DNA of 63,403 nt, the filler included, from Octopus bimaculoides (taxonomy: Eukaryota): NCBI RefSeq assembly GCF_001194135.2. It is 7 parts of 7 records of this genome, joined end to end, with 100 filler letters (N's around TTAATTAATTAA, not from the genome) between each part and the next. Parts side by side here need not be neighbours in the genome. Positions count along the whole stretch, not along the records: positions 1 to 30,221 come from NC_069001.1; positions 30,322 to 39,905 come from NC_068982.1; 5 more parts are not named here. The stretch is one strand, 5' to 3'. The position numbers were made by a program, and so were the translations under genes. Under the pieces are notes generated by a model. The model was not told where the DNA came from. It did no database searches and saw only the letters and a list, made by a program, of their open reading frames with translations. The first letter of the stretch is position 1; each line of letters begins with the position of its first letter. Of the stretch, positions 26,465-38,999 are shown one piece after another.

Positions 26465-27107
26465 CTAATTAACTATTGCCAATCTATTTGATATTTTTTA
26501 TTCCTATATTTTTACTATTTTTTGCCCTTATATATCGTTTTTATTTCTATTTTCTTTATTATTTTTCCCCTTCTCTCTTTTTTTTATTTTTCTTTCTTAT
26601 ATGTAATCTATTTCATTTATATAATCTGTATTTATTTTGAAAAAAAACTTCCTCTCTTAACTATCCCATTTAAAAAAAGTTTCTTTTTTGTGTTTCTTAC
26701 CTATATTAACCAAAATCTTACAGACGACATATGTTTACATTTACAGTAATTTTTACCACCCAACAATCAATTCCACAAATTGCACACACTCTCATAGATA
26801 TAGTTTAATTATCTCTTTGGTTATGCATACAAAGAGTTTTTTTTACAATATTTCCACATTCTTTTCTCTTTATTAGTATCATTACTATCTTCATTTTTCC
26901 TTTATAATTGTTATTACTACCTCTAATGCTCTTTTCTACTTTTATATTAGCACTGTTTAATATAATTTATAGATTATACATTATATTCCATATTTCACTT
27001 ATTACTTATATAGTTATTACATTTACATGTGTCATATAATATTCATATTATTATACAACTGTATACAGATGTACATATGTACATATACACCTGCATATGC
27101 TCACATA

Positions 27108-27144
<37 letters not shown>

Positions 27145-27489
27145 NNNNNNNNNNNNNNNNNNNNNNNNNNNNNNNNNNNNNNNNNNNNNNNNNNNNNNNN
27201 NNNNNNNNNNNNNNNNNNNNNNNNNNNNNNNNNNNNNNNNNNNNNNNNNNNNNNNNNNNNNNNNNNNNNNNNNNNNNNNNNNNNNNNNNNNNNNNNNNNN
27301 NNNNNNNNNNNNNNNNNNNNNNNNNNNNNNNNNNNNNNNNNNNNNNNNNNNNNNNNNNNNNNNNNNNNNNNNNNNNNNNNNNNNNNNNNNNNNNNNNNNN
27401 NNNNNNNNNNNNNNNNNNNNNNNNNNNNNNNNNNNNNNNNNNNNNNNNNNNNNNNNNNNNNNNNNNNNNNNNNNNNNNNNNNNNNNNNN

Positions 27490-27557
<68 letters not shown>

Positions 27558-27772
27558 ATATTTCTAAGTCTCTCTAAAGGAGACTATGGCAGTGGTACTG
27601 GATATTAATAGTTATCGCCAAGCCAACATGGCAGTCCAAAAAATAGGACGAATGCTACCGTTGATTAGCTCCAAGAGGCCATTGCCTCTAGCTAGGTATG
27701 TGACACACGAACCTATGTCCATTACAACCTTCGAACAGGGGAGGTCAGCTGCTTCACCTTGCTGGTCTGGCA

Positions 27773-27814
27773 TCTACAGACTAGTTTCGGGGTATTGCCC
27801 CTTATCAATGTAGA
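27773..27814 (-). ncRNA. Minimal type I hammerhead ribozyme with U3-A8 core variant and palindromic stem III
   Basis: Minus strand: tctaca TTGATAA gggg-caata-cccc GAAA ctag TC tgtaga; stems I (6 bp) and II (4 bp) perfect; GUC triplet. Confidence 0.8.
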
Positions 27815-27826
27815 GCAGCCGAACCC

Positions 27827-29375
27827 GGTTAATAAGGGCTGTACAGGCCCTATACAGAGATGCCATTAGTAAAGTTAGAGTTGGCAATGAGTATAAAGAA
27901 GAATTCTGGGTAGAAGTAGGGGTCCACCAAGGATGAGCCCTCAGCCCCCTCTAATTCATCATAGTCCTCCAGGCAATAACAGGAATTCAAGCCAGGTTGC
28001 CCCTGGGAGTTCCTCTATGCTGATGACCTGGCCCTCATAGCAGAATCACTACCAGAACTAGAGAAGAAATTCCAGATGTGGAAGCAGGGATTAGAAGTGA
28101 AGGGCCTTAGAGTCAATGTCGCAAAGACCAAAGTTCTCGTAAGTAGGAAGGCGAACACATCATACACCCCTTCAGGTAGATGGCCCTGCTCGATCTGTAG
28201 AAAAGGTGTAGGTAGAAACTACATAAGATGTCCCCGGTGAAGCTATGGATGCATAAGAGGTGCAGCAACATCAAAGGAAGATTAACTGGGAAGATAGCTT
28301 TCGCGTGTGGCAGATGCACTGGAGCAATAAACACCACAGATGCTCAGAAAACAGATTCCATCACATGCCAGGGGCAGAAACTAGAAATACTTGATAGTTT
28401 CTGCTACCTAGGGACCAAGTCAGTAGTGGGGGGTGGATGTGCAAAGAGCATTACCTCTAGGATAAGAATAGCCTGGGTAAAGTTCAGACAGCTTCTACCC
28501 CTACTGGTGACAAAGAGCCTCTTGCTCAGAGTGATAGATAGATTGTATGATGCATGGCAGTGAAACATGGGCCATGACTGCTGTAGACTTGCATAGGTTC
28601 AAAAGAAATGAAGCAAGCATGATCCACTGGATGTGTAATGTCAGTGTGCACACACGACAGAGTGTAAGCGCTCTGAGAGAAATGCTAGACATAAGAAACA
28701 TTGGATGTGAAGAGCAAGAGAGATGTTTGCATTGGTATGGTCATGTACTACGGATGGATGAGGAGAGCTGTGTGAAAAAGTGCTGATCCCAAACAGTGGA
28801 AGGAATCCAGGGTAGAGGGAGTCCCAGGAAGACATGGGATGAGGTGGTGAAGCATGATCTTCAAATGCTGGGCCTTACAGAGTAAATGACGAAAGACAGA
28901 GACCTGTGGAGATATGCTATGACTGAGAAGACCTGGCAAATAAAGTGAGTTCACAGCTGTAACCTACACCAGTGTCACATAACCAGCGAGCTCAAAAAGT
29001 GCCCTTGGATCGTAGGGCGACATGCCGTACTTGAGGAGACCCATTGAGTCAAGTACATCAACATCAAAATGAAATCAAAAAACAATCAAATGGAAATTGT
29101 AGCTGTGGTCCCTGTTCCAGTGGTACATGAAAAGCGCCATCCAAACATTGTCGATTCCAGTCCCCATGCCCCGTACATGGCCCATGCAAGCACCACCTTG
29201 ACGGGCTCTCGTGATGATAGCACATAAAAAGCAGCATCCGATTGTGGTTGTGGCCAGACCCCCTCTGGCCCCTGTGCCAGTGGCATGTAGAAAGTGCCCA
29301 CTACACACTCGGAGTGGTTGTCGTTAGGAAACACATCCAACTGTAGAAACATTGCCAGAGCAGGCTGGTGCCTGG
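27827..29375 (+). mobile_element. 5'-truncated RTE LINE (RT core, Cys-rich insert, C-terminus, 3' UTR)
   Basis: EVGVHQG*ALSPL, FLYADDLALIAES, GLRVNVAKTK, WPCSICRKGVG, LHWYGHVLRMDE. Confidence 0.9.
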
Positions 29376-29399
29376 TGTATATATATATAAATATATATA

Positions 29400-30110
29400 T
29401 ATCATCATCATCATCATCATCGTTTAACGTCCGCTTTCCATGCTAGCATGGGTTGGACGATTTGACTGGGGACTGGTGAACTGGATGGCTACACCAGGCT
29501 CCAATCTGATTTGGCAGAGCCTCTACAGCTGGATGCCCTTCCTAATGCCAACCACTCCAAGAGTGTAGTGGATGCTTTTACGTGCCACCGGCACGAGGAC
29601 CAATCACACGGTACTGGCAATGGCCTTGCTCAAAAAGTGTTTTTTACGTGCCACCTGCATGGGAGCCAGTCCAGCGGCACTGGCAATGACCTCACTCGAA
29701 TGATTTTCTAACGTGCCACCAGCACAAGTGCTAGAAGGCGACATTGGTAATGATTACACACAAATGGTGCTATTTACGGACTACTAGCACGGAAGCCAAA
29801 CAGCTACTCTGGCAATGACCATGCTCGGACAGTGCTGTTAGTGCTGCACTGGCACAGGTGCCAGTCATCGAATATGGTTCAATTTCGATTTCGATTTCAC
29901 TTGCCCCGACAGGTCTTCGCAAGTAGAGTTTAGTGTCCAATGAAGTAAAGATACAAATAAGTGAGCTGGCTACACTTCTGGCAGAGGTCACAGCTTATGC
30001 TCTCACTTCGCTTGCTGGCTCTTCTCATGCACTGCATATTTCCAAAGGTCCCTGTCACTAGTCATTGCCTCGGTGAGACCTAAAGTTCGAAGGTCATGCT
30101 TCACCATACA
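29400..30110 (-). mobile_element. RTE 3' end, tail-to-tail with the previous copy
   Basis: VKHDLRTLGLTEAMTSDRDLWKYAV on - strand; (CAT)n tail at ~29401-29421. Confidence 0.88.
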
Positions 30111-30265
30111 TACATGTATACATACGCATGTACATATATATACATATATATATATACATACAAATATACATACATACATACATAAATATATATACATATA
30201 TACATATATAAATACATATATNNNNNNNNNNNNNNNNNNNNNNNNNNNNNNNNNNNNNNNNNNNN

Positions 30266-30277
30266 TTAATTAATTAA
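30266..30277. other. Assembly linker TTAATTAATTAA between 44-N runs (also 39950, 44785, 52152, 53816, 59866)
   Basis: Identical 44N+12+44N = 100-bp structure six times; stops in all six frames. Confidence 0.95.
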
Positions 30278-30321
30278 NNNNNNNNNNNNNNNNNNNNNNN
30301 NNNNNNNNNNNNNNNNNNNNN

Positions 30322-30382
<61 letters not shown>

Positions 30383-31969
30383 AGAGAGCGGGTAATTTAA
30401 ATAACCTTAGTTATTTGAGGCGCTTGTGAAGTCAATATTATAAGCAGCTACAATTGTTGTCAATTAGATTGCTAAATCGTTATCAAAGCCGTTATCTACT
30501 ACTTCGTTGCTAGCGCAGATTCAGAATGCTGCATCTTGACAAACTCTATTCATTGAGTAAGATATACAATCTATCACTTAAAATATGGGCAAAACATTAA
30601 TCTTCTAAAACAATAAAGCTGGATATTTTAACGTGGAAACGAATAAAAAATTGGCTCTTGCTCTCTAGAATGAGATGTGAAGCGGACGCAAACGAGTTTT
30701 GAAACATACGAGCATTCAATCATTTTTGGTAGCTTAATCATTGCTCTATGGAGCTCGTGACACATATAAAGAAAATGATATTAGCAAGAGAAAATGAAAT
30801 TATATCAAGATAATCTCTGTGAATGAAAAAAAAATATTACGATTCTCATTGTGTATACGATGGACATATAAACTTGATAGATTTATCAGAATGGAAACAG
30901 TTTACTGCAAACAATCACACGTTTATATTTGTATGTTTTTGTGCGAATGTCCCCATAATATCATCTGTAACCACTCCACATGCCATGGTTGCTGCAGATA
31001 CTTTCACCGTTAATATAACTATGGTTCATAAATATCCATCACACGAACACAGAACAGGATTAGTGTAAACCATATCATTTATCAACAATGACAGTTTCCA
31101 TCATATAAAACAATACAATGTGGAAACAGTTCGATTTTGTATTTCTGTCAAATTTCCTAATAATATCAGTTGTTTGTTAAGCTGGTTTATCACTCTACGG
31201 AGAATGCTGGAAATGAAGCAAAGGTAACGAATGCGAACTGTGAAGAGTTCACAGGTTTATACCACGGTTCTAACTGCGTAAATGAATGAAATAGCTAAAC
31301 GCTTTGAATCGAAAACGAATGTCGTACTTAGATCATCGACATCGTGTTGTTGTACAGTGTCACTTAACACACATTTCTGTGAACGATTTCTCTCTATCTG
31401 GCACAGAGTCTAAATGGATGAGACAGGTACTGAAACGTAGAATCTTTCTCAAGGGCATTAGAAACGCAAGTGAAGAGAAATTAACATAATTGTGAATTCA
31501 AGCATATTGTTGTCGCGGTGTCGTCAGAATTGACTGGAAAATTGAGATGTGCAGCTAAATTATTTCGTACAATAAATGCAAGTTTTCGGTTCATCCTCTT
31601 GATTCTAGCCAATTTATTTCATTTGTATATAGCCACATCTCTTTAAAAAGTAAGATATTACTAAGATATTTGCCTCATATAGACGTAGAGTGCTACAGAC
31701 ACATACATATGATTAACTAACGATATATATCGCGTCTGCTAACGATATATTTGTTCTTTCAGCAAAGCACATCTATATGAGAGGATCTCGCAAAGCAAAT
31801 ACGGTAGTAATATGGCGTTCTAACAATACATCCACGTTAATTAGGATATAAAGATTACCGTTCAGTATTAATACTCCTTCCGTTGCTTAAATTCAGTTTT
31901 TGGCTCATTACTTCGCAGTTAAATTAATGCCATCACGGATAATGTCGCGGCTAAAAGATTTTTCCTTAA

Positions 31970-32120
31970 TTGTTGCAAGTAATTGACAGAATTGTTAGAA
32001 AGTGTCTGACAGACTGGCTCGCGGGATTGGTTCCGAGATCTCTTCATTCTAAGTTCACGTACCGGCGAGGTCAACTTTATCTTTCATCCTTCTGAGGTCG
32101 ATTAAAAAAAAGTACCAATT
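31970..32120 (+). mobile_element. Diverged Meta-like SINE
   Basis: GAGGTCAACTTTATCTTTCATCCTTCTGAGGTCGATTAAAA..GTACC. Confidence 0.6.
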
Positions 32121-33511
32121 CGAGACAGCGGTTTGGAAAAGCTGTGAGAATGGCGGTTGTTATTTGCTTCGGCTCTCTACGTTCTGAGTTCAATTCCCGC
32201 CATGGCCAACTTGAGAGTAGACTTGACTCTCGCTCGGTTTAACTGCATGACCTAGCATCATAGGTAATTTTAGCGAAGTCCACTCTGTTGCCGTATTCAG
32301 GCCAGATTTCGGATTTTAAGAAATTCTTCCTCTTTCCTTCCCCCAATTATCATTGGCACTTCCTTCTCTCCTTACAAAGACATTAAAACGTCACCCATCC
32401 TTAAACGCAGTGAGGAAAAGAAAATATTAACTCGATATTTGAATCTGATCAAGACAACGCTCAAGACTCACTTAAAGTTACGCATGTTGTCATAAGAACG
32501 GATGTCCAGTATTTCGAGCCAATGCAAGTGTTCTCCTATGTTTCTAAACAAGAAACTTGCTTAGACATAGCTCTTACGGAAGAGCAACAGAGATTCCCAT
32601 TGTTTGTTCATTCTTTTCTTTTTTTTTTTCAAGAAAATATAATTGTAAATATTATCGTCTTATTCAGGGGAAGATTTATTAGTCACCTTTCAAACCATAG
32701 AAATTGGAGTGCTTATCTGCGAACGAGTAAAAATTTAAGCGATCTGCATTCTTTATTGTAAATTCAATTTCACAATTCCAGCTTGATTCTTGGTTGTGGA
32801 TATCTTATTTAAATTATATCATTGATGTCCTTTTTTAAAAAAAATATAGAGGCGAAATGTTTTTCCTCCTTTCTAATATTGTTTTCGGTTACTGTGAATA
32901 TAAGTCTTAATACACAATTAGAGTATCTGAATATCTATAATTTTACATATATTTATTACTTTCAGTTATTGGACGACGACCAAGTTGGCGAACCACATCC
33001 AATCGTTTGAATCGATCATATAGACATACAGTGCTTCTCTCAGTCTGGTACGTATTGTATCGATTTTTTTTTTATATAATGACAAAGCTGACTTTTGATA
33101 TAAAGGGTTGCAACTTGATGTACAAATTTACTCGTGTATACACATATATACAGGCACCCGCACACACGCGCGCACGCACACATGCACACACATATAAGAG
33201 AGAGTAGAGAACATGGGCATTGACTCTGTACTTCTTTATTTCAGCTGTTACATATTCTTCAGTAGTCAACAACACATCATCTCACACTGTAGATGCAAGC
33301 AGTAGGTGCACTCTATATGGTCAGCCTGGTGAGAAAACCCATCGTCAGACAGTTATATAGGAAATACAAGTATAGGACGAGCAGTAATTGAGTCACAGAC
33401 CAGAATACGGACGACCTGTGTGTGCAAGCGAAGGTGGGAGTTTAAGGGCAATTAATATTAGATTCGAAACATGAAAGAATTGGTAAGACGCTCAGAGAAG
33501 GAAAGAAAGGG

Positions 33512-33548
33512 TGTTTTACGTTTCGAACAAAGCTTTTCTTCAGAAACA
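33512..33548 (-). ncRNA. Minimal type I hammerhead ribozyme (PLE pseudo-LTR type), stem II degraded
   Basis: tgttt CTGAAGA a aagc-ttt-gttc GAAA cg TA aaaca; core intact, stem I perfect, ACGU palindrome. Confidence 0.65.
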
Positions 33549-34374
33549 GGAGACGGAGACAGAGGAGAGTCCGAGAGAAAAGGAAGACGGCAGAAAAAAT
33601 AGCCAACAGTCCACGTGTGGTTACATATATATATGAGAGGTATTGCTATCTAGAAGACCTAAAGAGTGTCGGGTAACGCTAAGTGCTATGGACAGACCGT
33701 AGTTAAACTCTGTTCCTTATAAATGTCCTGTAAACTCCTCACAGCCTTGACTTTGTTATCTCATCCCCTCTAATATATATATATATATATANNNNNNNNN
33801 NNNNNNNNNNNNNNNNNNNNNNNNNNNNNNNNNNNNNNNNNNNNNNNNNNNNNNNNNNNNNNNNNNNNNNNNNNNNNNNNNNNNNNNNNNNNNNNNNNNN
33901 NNNNNNNNNNNNNNNNNNNNNNNNNNNNNNNNNNNNNNNNNNNNNNNNNNNNNNNNNNNNNNNNNNNNNNNNNNNNNNNNNNNNNNNNNNNNNNNNNNNN
34001 NNNNNNNNNNNNNNNNNNNNNNNNNNNNNNNNNNNNNNNNNNNNNNNNNNNNNNNNNNNNNNNNNNNNNNNNNNNNNNNNNNNNNNNNNNNNNNNNNNNN
34101 NNNNNNNNNNNNNNNNNNNNNNNNNNNNNNNNNNNNNNNNNNNNNNNNNNNNNNNNNNNNNNNNNNNNNNNNNNNNNNNNNNNNNNNNNNNNNNNNNNNN
34201 NNNNNNNNNNNNNNNNNNNNNNNNNNNNNNNNNNNNNNNNNNNNNNNNNNNNNNNNNNNNNNNNNNNNNNNNNNNNNNNNNNNNNNNNNNNNNNNNNNNN
34301 NNNNNNNNNNNNNNNNNNNNNNNNNNNNNNNNNNNNNNNNNNNNNNNNNNNNNNNNNTATATATATTGTTTATT

Positions 34375-34530
34375 TTAACTTCTACTTATTTAAGTCATTG
34401 GACTGCGGACATGTTGAAGCAACTAAAGTGTTTTTGTCAATCAAATCGAACCATGCACATATTTGTTAAAGTCTGACCGTTATTCAATCGGTCGCCTTTG
34501 CCGAACCACCAACGCACGGAGACTTAAGCA
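34375..34530 (-). mobile_element. SINE 3' tail fragment
   Basis: AGTCATTGGACTGCGGACATG..TTTGCCGAACC matches the tail at 15655-15800. Confidence 0.5.
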
Positions 34531-35807
34531 AACCAACATATATACACGTGAATCTGTGGTTATACAAATACTCAAGCTATAAGTGTATATATATTCCAAT
34601 ACATTAGCGTGTGTGTGTATGTGTGTGTGTGAGTGAGTGAGTGTGTGTCAGTGTGTGTGTGTGTGCGAGAGTGTGTGTGTATGCATGTATTTGTGAAAAC
34701 TTTATATATAACTATGCATACGTGATTGTATGAATACGTTCATTGCAGCAAGCTCAATTGCAGAATCACTGAAATGCGAAGTAGTGTAGTTCTTTTTTGT
34801 AAAACTGCAGTTTCTCCAAGCGTTGTGCAAATCTACTGTGGCAAAAGCAAGAATTAGAATCAATAATCTGGATAAATAAGCTGTACTGTACGTTCCGCAT
34901 TATTTCACCATGGATGGTTTCTTTTTCCCCATGATTTTAGACGAGACATTCACATCCGTTAGGCAGCGTATCTCTTGAACAGTGTACAAGTTTTCTTCCC
35001 AATCTTAATGAGCAAAATGAGTTCTACTGTATTTGCATCTCTCTGAAGTCTTTATTCACAGCTATCTCCTGTTCCTGAATAGCTAAGCGAAATTTATATA
35101 GACATGTATGTTTTTTTATGAACATACGTATGTTTGAATGAAAGAATGTCTTACGTATGTATATTTAAATGAATTAATGTATGATGTACTTATGTAGTAT
35201 ACTTTCTGTAGTGTGATACTCTTAGTATCGGATCACATTTCTGTTCTTTGTATCAATATTTATTAGTTTAAACTAAAATCTGAAAAAGTATACTGTTTAT
35301 TTTAAAATGACTTTCTATAATCCATTTTACATCTATACGAAAACTGAGCGTGAGTGAGGGGATGTTCTAGGTTGGGTGTATGCATAGGTATATACGATGT
35401 TTTATAGATGTAATCCATTTTGTATGCGTAGACGCTTATGTATATGTCTGTATGGTAAGTTAATGAATATGTTCAGCTTATATATCCAAGTTAAGCTGGT
35501 TTAGTAAAATAATGGTATTGTCATTCCTCTTATACGTCTATTTCTAGACAGTATCAAAACATTAATACTACTATTTCATTTTCCTTCCTTATAGCATGAT
35601 ACAGAATATATTATTTAAGTAACTCTATTTATACAGATTCACCGCAATGATACGAGGAAATTGATATCACCAAATCAACAGTTTAGCAGTGCTCAAGGAT
35701 CAGTGCTGAAATTGATTGTACCTACAACCTCTTACACATCTCTTTTGATATTTATGTCAATGTGTATAAATATGCATGCATGTGTGTATGTATGCATATA
35801 TATGTAT

Positions 35808-35808
<1 letters not shown>

Positions 35809-35888
<80 letters not shown>
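35809..35888. repeat. (GATA)n microsatellite (others at ~24176-24216, 38698-38771, 52491-52555)
   Basis: Direct reading. Confidence 0.95.
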
Positions 35889-35889
<1 letters not shown>

Positions 35890-35902
35890 GTGTGTATGTA
35901 TG

Positions 35903-35948
<46 letters not shown>

Positions 35949-36559
35949 TTTTATTTATATTTTAAAATTACATATCTTTACATTTTTATATTATTTATAT
36001 TTAAATCTTGTTTATATTTTTAAACCACATGTCTTATATTTTGTTTTATATGTATGAATGAGCTACTCCGTGTCGGACACCGGAATGATACTTGATCACT
36101 TTATAGAGCGTTTGAGTGTCGGTTTCGTATCTGGAACAGGATAGCTTACCTCATGGCCAGGTAGAAGCACTTAAACTTCTCCTCGAAGGAAATCTCCAAA
36201 ATAAAACTTGAGGTTTTGGAATTTCCTGGTTTTGTCAATTTTCATCTCACAGCGGCGAAAGTCTTCTTTGGCCAGTAGATGGAGGTAGTGCATTGCATGC
36301 TACACCCACTGAAAATTATTCATCTGCACAGGTACTTCTCGTACACCAAATCTTAGTAAAATCATTGAATTGGTTGGTTGGCAGAAACCTAAAAATGCTC
36401 TTGTAAATTACTCTAAAATGTCTCTAACAGATTCAGTAAATAGCAAAAAAGGTTTAGGAACGTCAGGGGAACAGGTCTGGTTCGGCAGGTGTCACAGTGT
36501 GTCACAGGTTGGGCCCGGTCGTCATCCTGCCCCTGTGGTCAAACAGTCTTCAAAGAAAA

Positions 36560-38450
36560 TTAAAAAAAGTAAAAAATAAACATCTTCTGAATTTTGGCTG
36601 TTGGAATGTGCTCACACTTCTTGATGGTAAGTTCAACAAGAGGCCAGAAAGTCGTACTACACTTATTGCATGTGAGCTTAAATAATATTCACTTGATATA
36701 GTTGCGCTCTCTGAAACTCGTCTCTCTGGTGAGGGTCAAATAAATGAACCTACTTATGGATATACTATCTTTTGGAGAGGCCTACCTGATGGTCAGCGTA
36801 GAGAATCTGGTATTGGATTTGCTCTCAAGAATTCATTATTATCCTCCATTCCAGAATTTCCAAGTGGTATATTTGAACAATATATTTCTTACCATTGTCA
36901 GTATTTATACACCAACAATATCTCATTCTTAGGAAACTATAGGACAGTTTTATGACGATCTAGCACAATTATTGAGGAAAGTACCAATTTCTAACAAGCT
37001 GGTCATATTGGGAGATTTCAACGCAAGTGTTGGAAAAGACTACGTTTTATGGCCTGTTTTAGGCCGACATGGAATTGGAAAATGTAATAAAAATGAAGTA
37101 GCTCTTTTGACGTTTTGTACTGAGGATAATCTGGTAGTTGCCAACACTCTGTTCAAACAGAAAGATAAATATAAAACCACCTGGATGCAACCAAGATCTA
37201 AGCACTGGCATCTCATAGATTATATTTTGATCAGAAAGAGTGATATGGAAGATGTTTCTAGTGTTTGGGCCATTAGAGGAGCAGAGATTTGGACTGACCA
37301 TCGTCTGGTGTGTAGGAAAATAATTTTTTTGATAATGACTAAAAGTAGACAGTCTGGTCCTAAGGTACCCAAAAAGTTAAATGTTGCAAACTTCATATTA
37401 CCAAGCAACTTGCGAAGATTCCACGATGCTATAGAAGGTATCAATCTTGACCCAAACAATTTATGGGAAGATTTCAAAACAAACGTATCTCATGCTGCAA
37501 GTTCGTCGGCGGAATTTAAATCGCCTAAGTCCAGTGACGAGTTCTCAGACAAATCAGCAGAAACTAATGATCTACTTTTAGAAAAACAAAACTTAGGCAA
37601 TACACTACTTTCTCAGTCCTTGAACCCCAACTCAAAACGAAGCTTATGGAAAGCCAAAAGGAAAAGTGCAGACTGCTCTTAGGAAAGTTAAACAGGAATG
37701 GTGTAAATATAGAGCAAAAGAGGCACAAGAGGCTGATAGAAATGACGTCAAGGGTTTGTACTCTTATGTTAAGGAGGTATATGACCCAAAATCTTCTTCA
37801 AGAGCTCCAATGAGAATAGCAAATGGGCGTTTGCTTCTGACTGACACCGTTTTTATTCATAAGCGCTGGGTAGAACATTTTTCTGCACTTTTGAATAAAC
37901 CATCATCTGCTGACATGAAGATGGTAGAAAACATCGAACACCTTCCAGTTATAAGGGAAGTGGAATTTGAACTGACTCTAAATCACATTTATTTACCAGT
38001 GAATAAGCTGAATAACGATGTTTCCAGGATGTGCTGGAATCTGTACAGAAGTTGAAATATGGGGGTGACAAAATGTTCGAACTCTTAAATATATTAATTT
38101 GTCACTGTTGGAGAACTGAGAAAGTGCCTCAAGACTGGATTGAGGCCATTTTAGTCTCCTTGTATAAATCGGGGCCAAAGGATCTGTGTGGTAATTTTTG
38201 TGAGATTTTGCTTTTGTCTGTGATTCGAAAGGTACTTGGCCACATTCTGTTAGAACGTATAAATACCTTCATAGTTCCAAATATGGTGTCTGAGTCTCAA
38301 TGTGGTTTTCACTCCTCAAGGGGCATAGTTGATTGTATCTTTACTATCAGACAATTTCAGGAAAAGTGCATTGAACAGAATCTTTCCCTATACCATTGCT
38401 TTGCTGATTTGAGCAAAGCATTTGATACTGTTAATCGAAATGCTGGTCCA
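36560..38450 (+). mobile_element. RTE/BovB-like LINE 5' half: APE endonuclease + RT N-terminus, 3'-truncated
   Basis: GCWNVLTL, DIVALSETR, LVILGDFNASVG, KTTWMQPRSKHWHLIDY, WTDHRLV; later VPQDW, ESQCGF, QEKCIEQN, CFADLSKAFDTVNR. Confidence 0.92.
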
Positions 38451-38597
38451 AATCGGATATACAATTTGTGGGTTTCTTTTCAAAACACCGTCTTGTTTAA
38501 AAAACAAAATCAGACACCATGATGGTTCTGACGTGTAGGTAGAGGAAATGGTCAGACTCTGCATAAGGAGTAGACAACCACTAAACCTACACACACA

Positions 38598-38696
38598 TAG
38601 TAGGCGCGGGCGTGGCGGTGGGGTAAAAAGTTTGCTTCCCAACCATAGGGCAAGTGTCTTCTACACAGGCCGACTGAAAGAAGTCCGTTGCAATGC

Positions 38697-38772
<76 letters not shown>

Positions 38773-38952
38773 GTGTGTTGTGTATGCGTCCGCATGTGTG
38801 CGTGCGAGTCTTATTTCTTTACTACCCACAAGGGGCTACACACAGAGGGGACAAACAAGGACAGACAAACGGATTAAGTCGATTATATCGACCCCAGTGC
38901 GTAACTGGTACTTATTTAATCGACCCCGAAAGGATGAAAGGTAAAGTCAACC
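38598..38952. mobile_element. Internally deleted CORE-like SINE (+) and Meta-like SINE (-) separated by (GATA)n
   Basis: GGCGCGGGCGTGGCGG..GGGCAAGTGTCTTCTAC; TCGACCCCGAAAGGATGAAAGGTAAAGTCAACCTC. Confidence 0.7.
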
Positions 38953-38999
38953 TCAGATATTCAGTTTTTTAGACCTAATATATATGATTAATGACAGAA

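Noticed and set aside
33239-33267. CUGAAGA..GAAA on the - strand with hammerhead-like spacing, ~250 nt from the 33512 ribozyme
   Set aside because: Stems I-III do not pair and the flanks are not homologous to the neighbour, so no tandem unit.
34750-35100. Protein-like peptides on the - strand (RLAIQEQEIAVNKDFREMQIQ)
   Set aside because: Short, stop-interrupted, no recognised family or splice frame.
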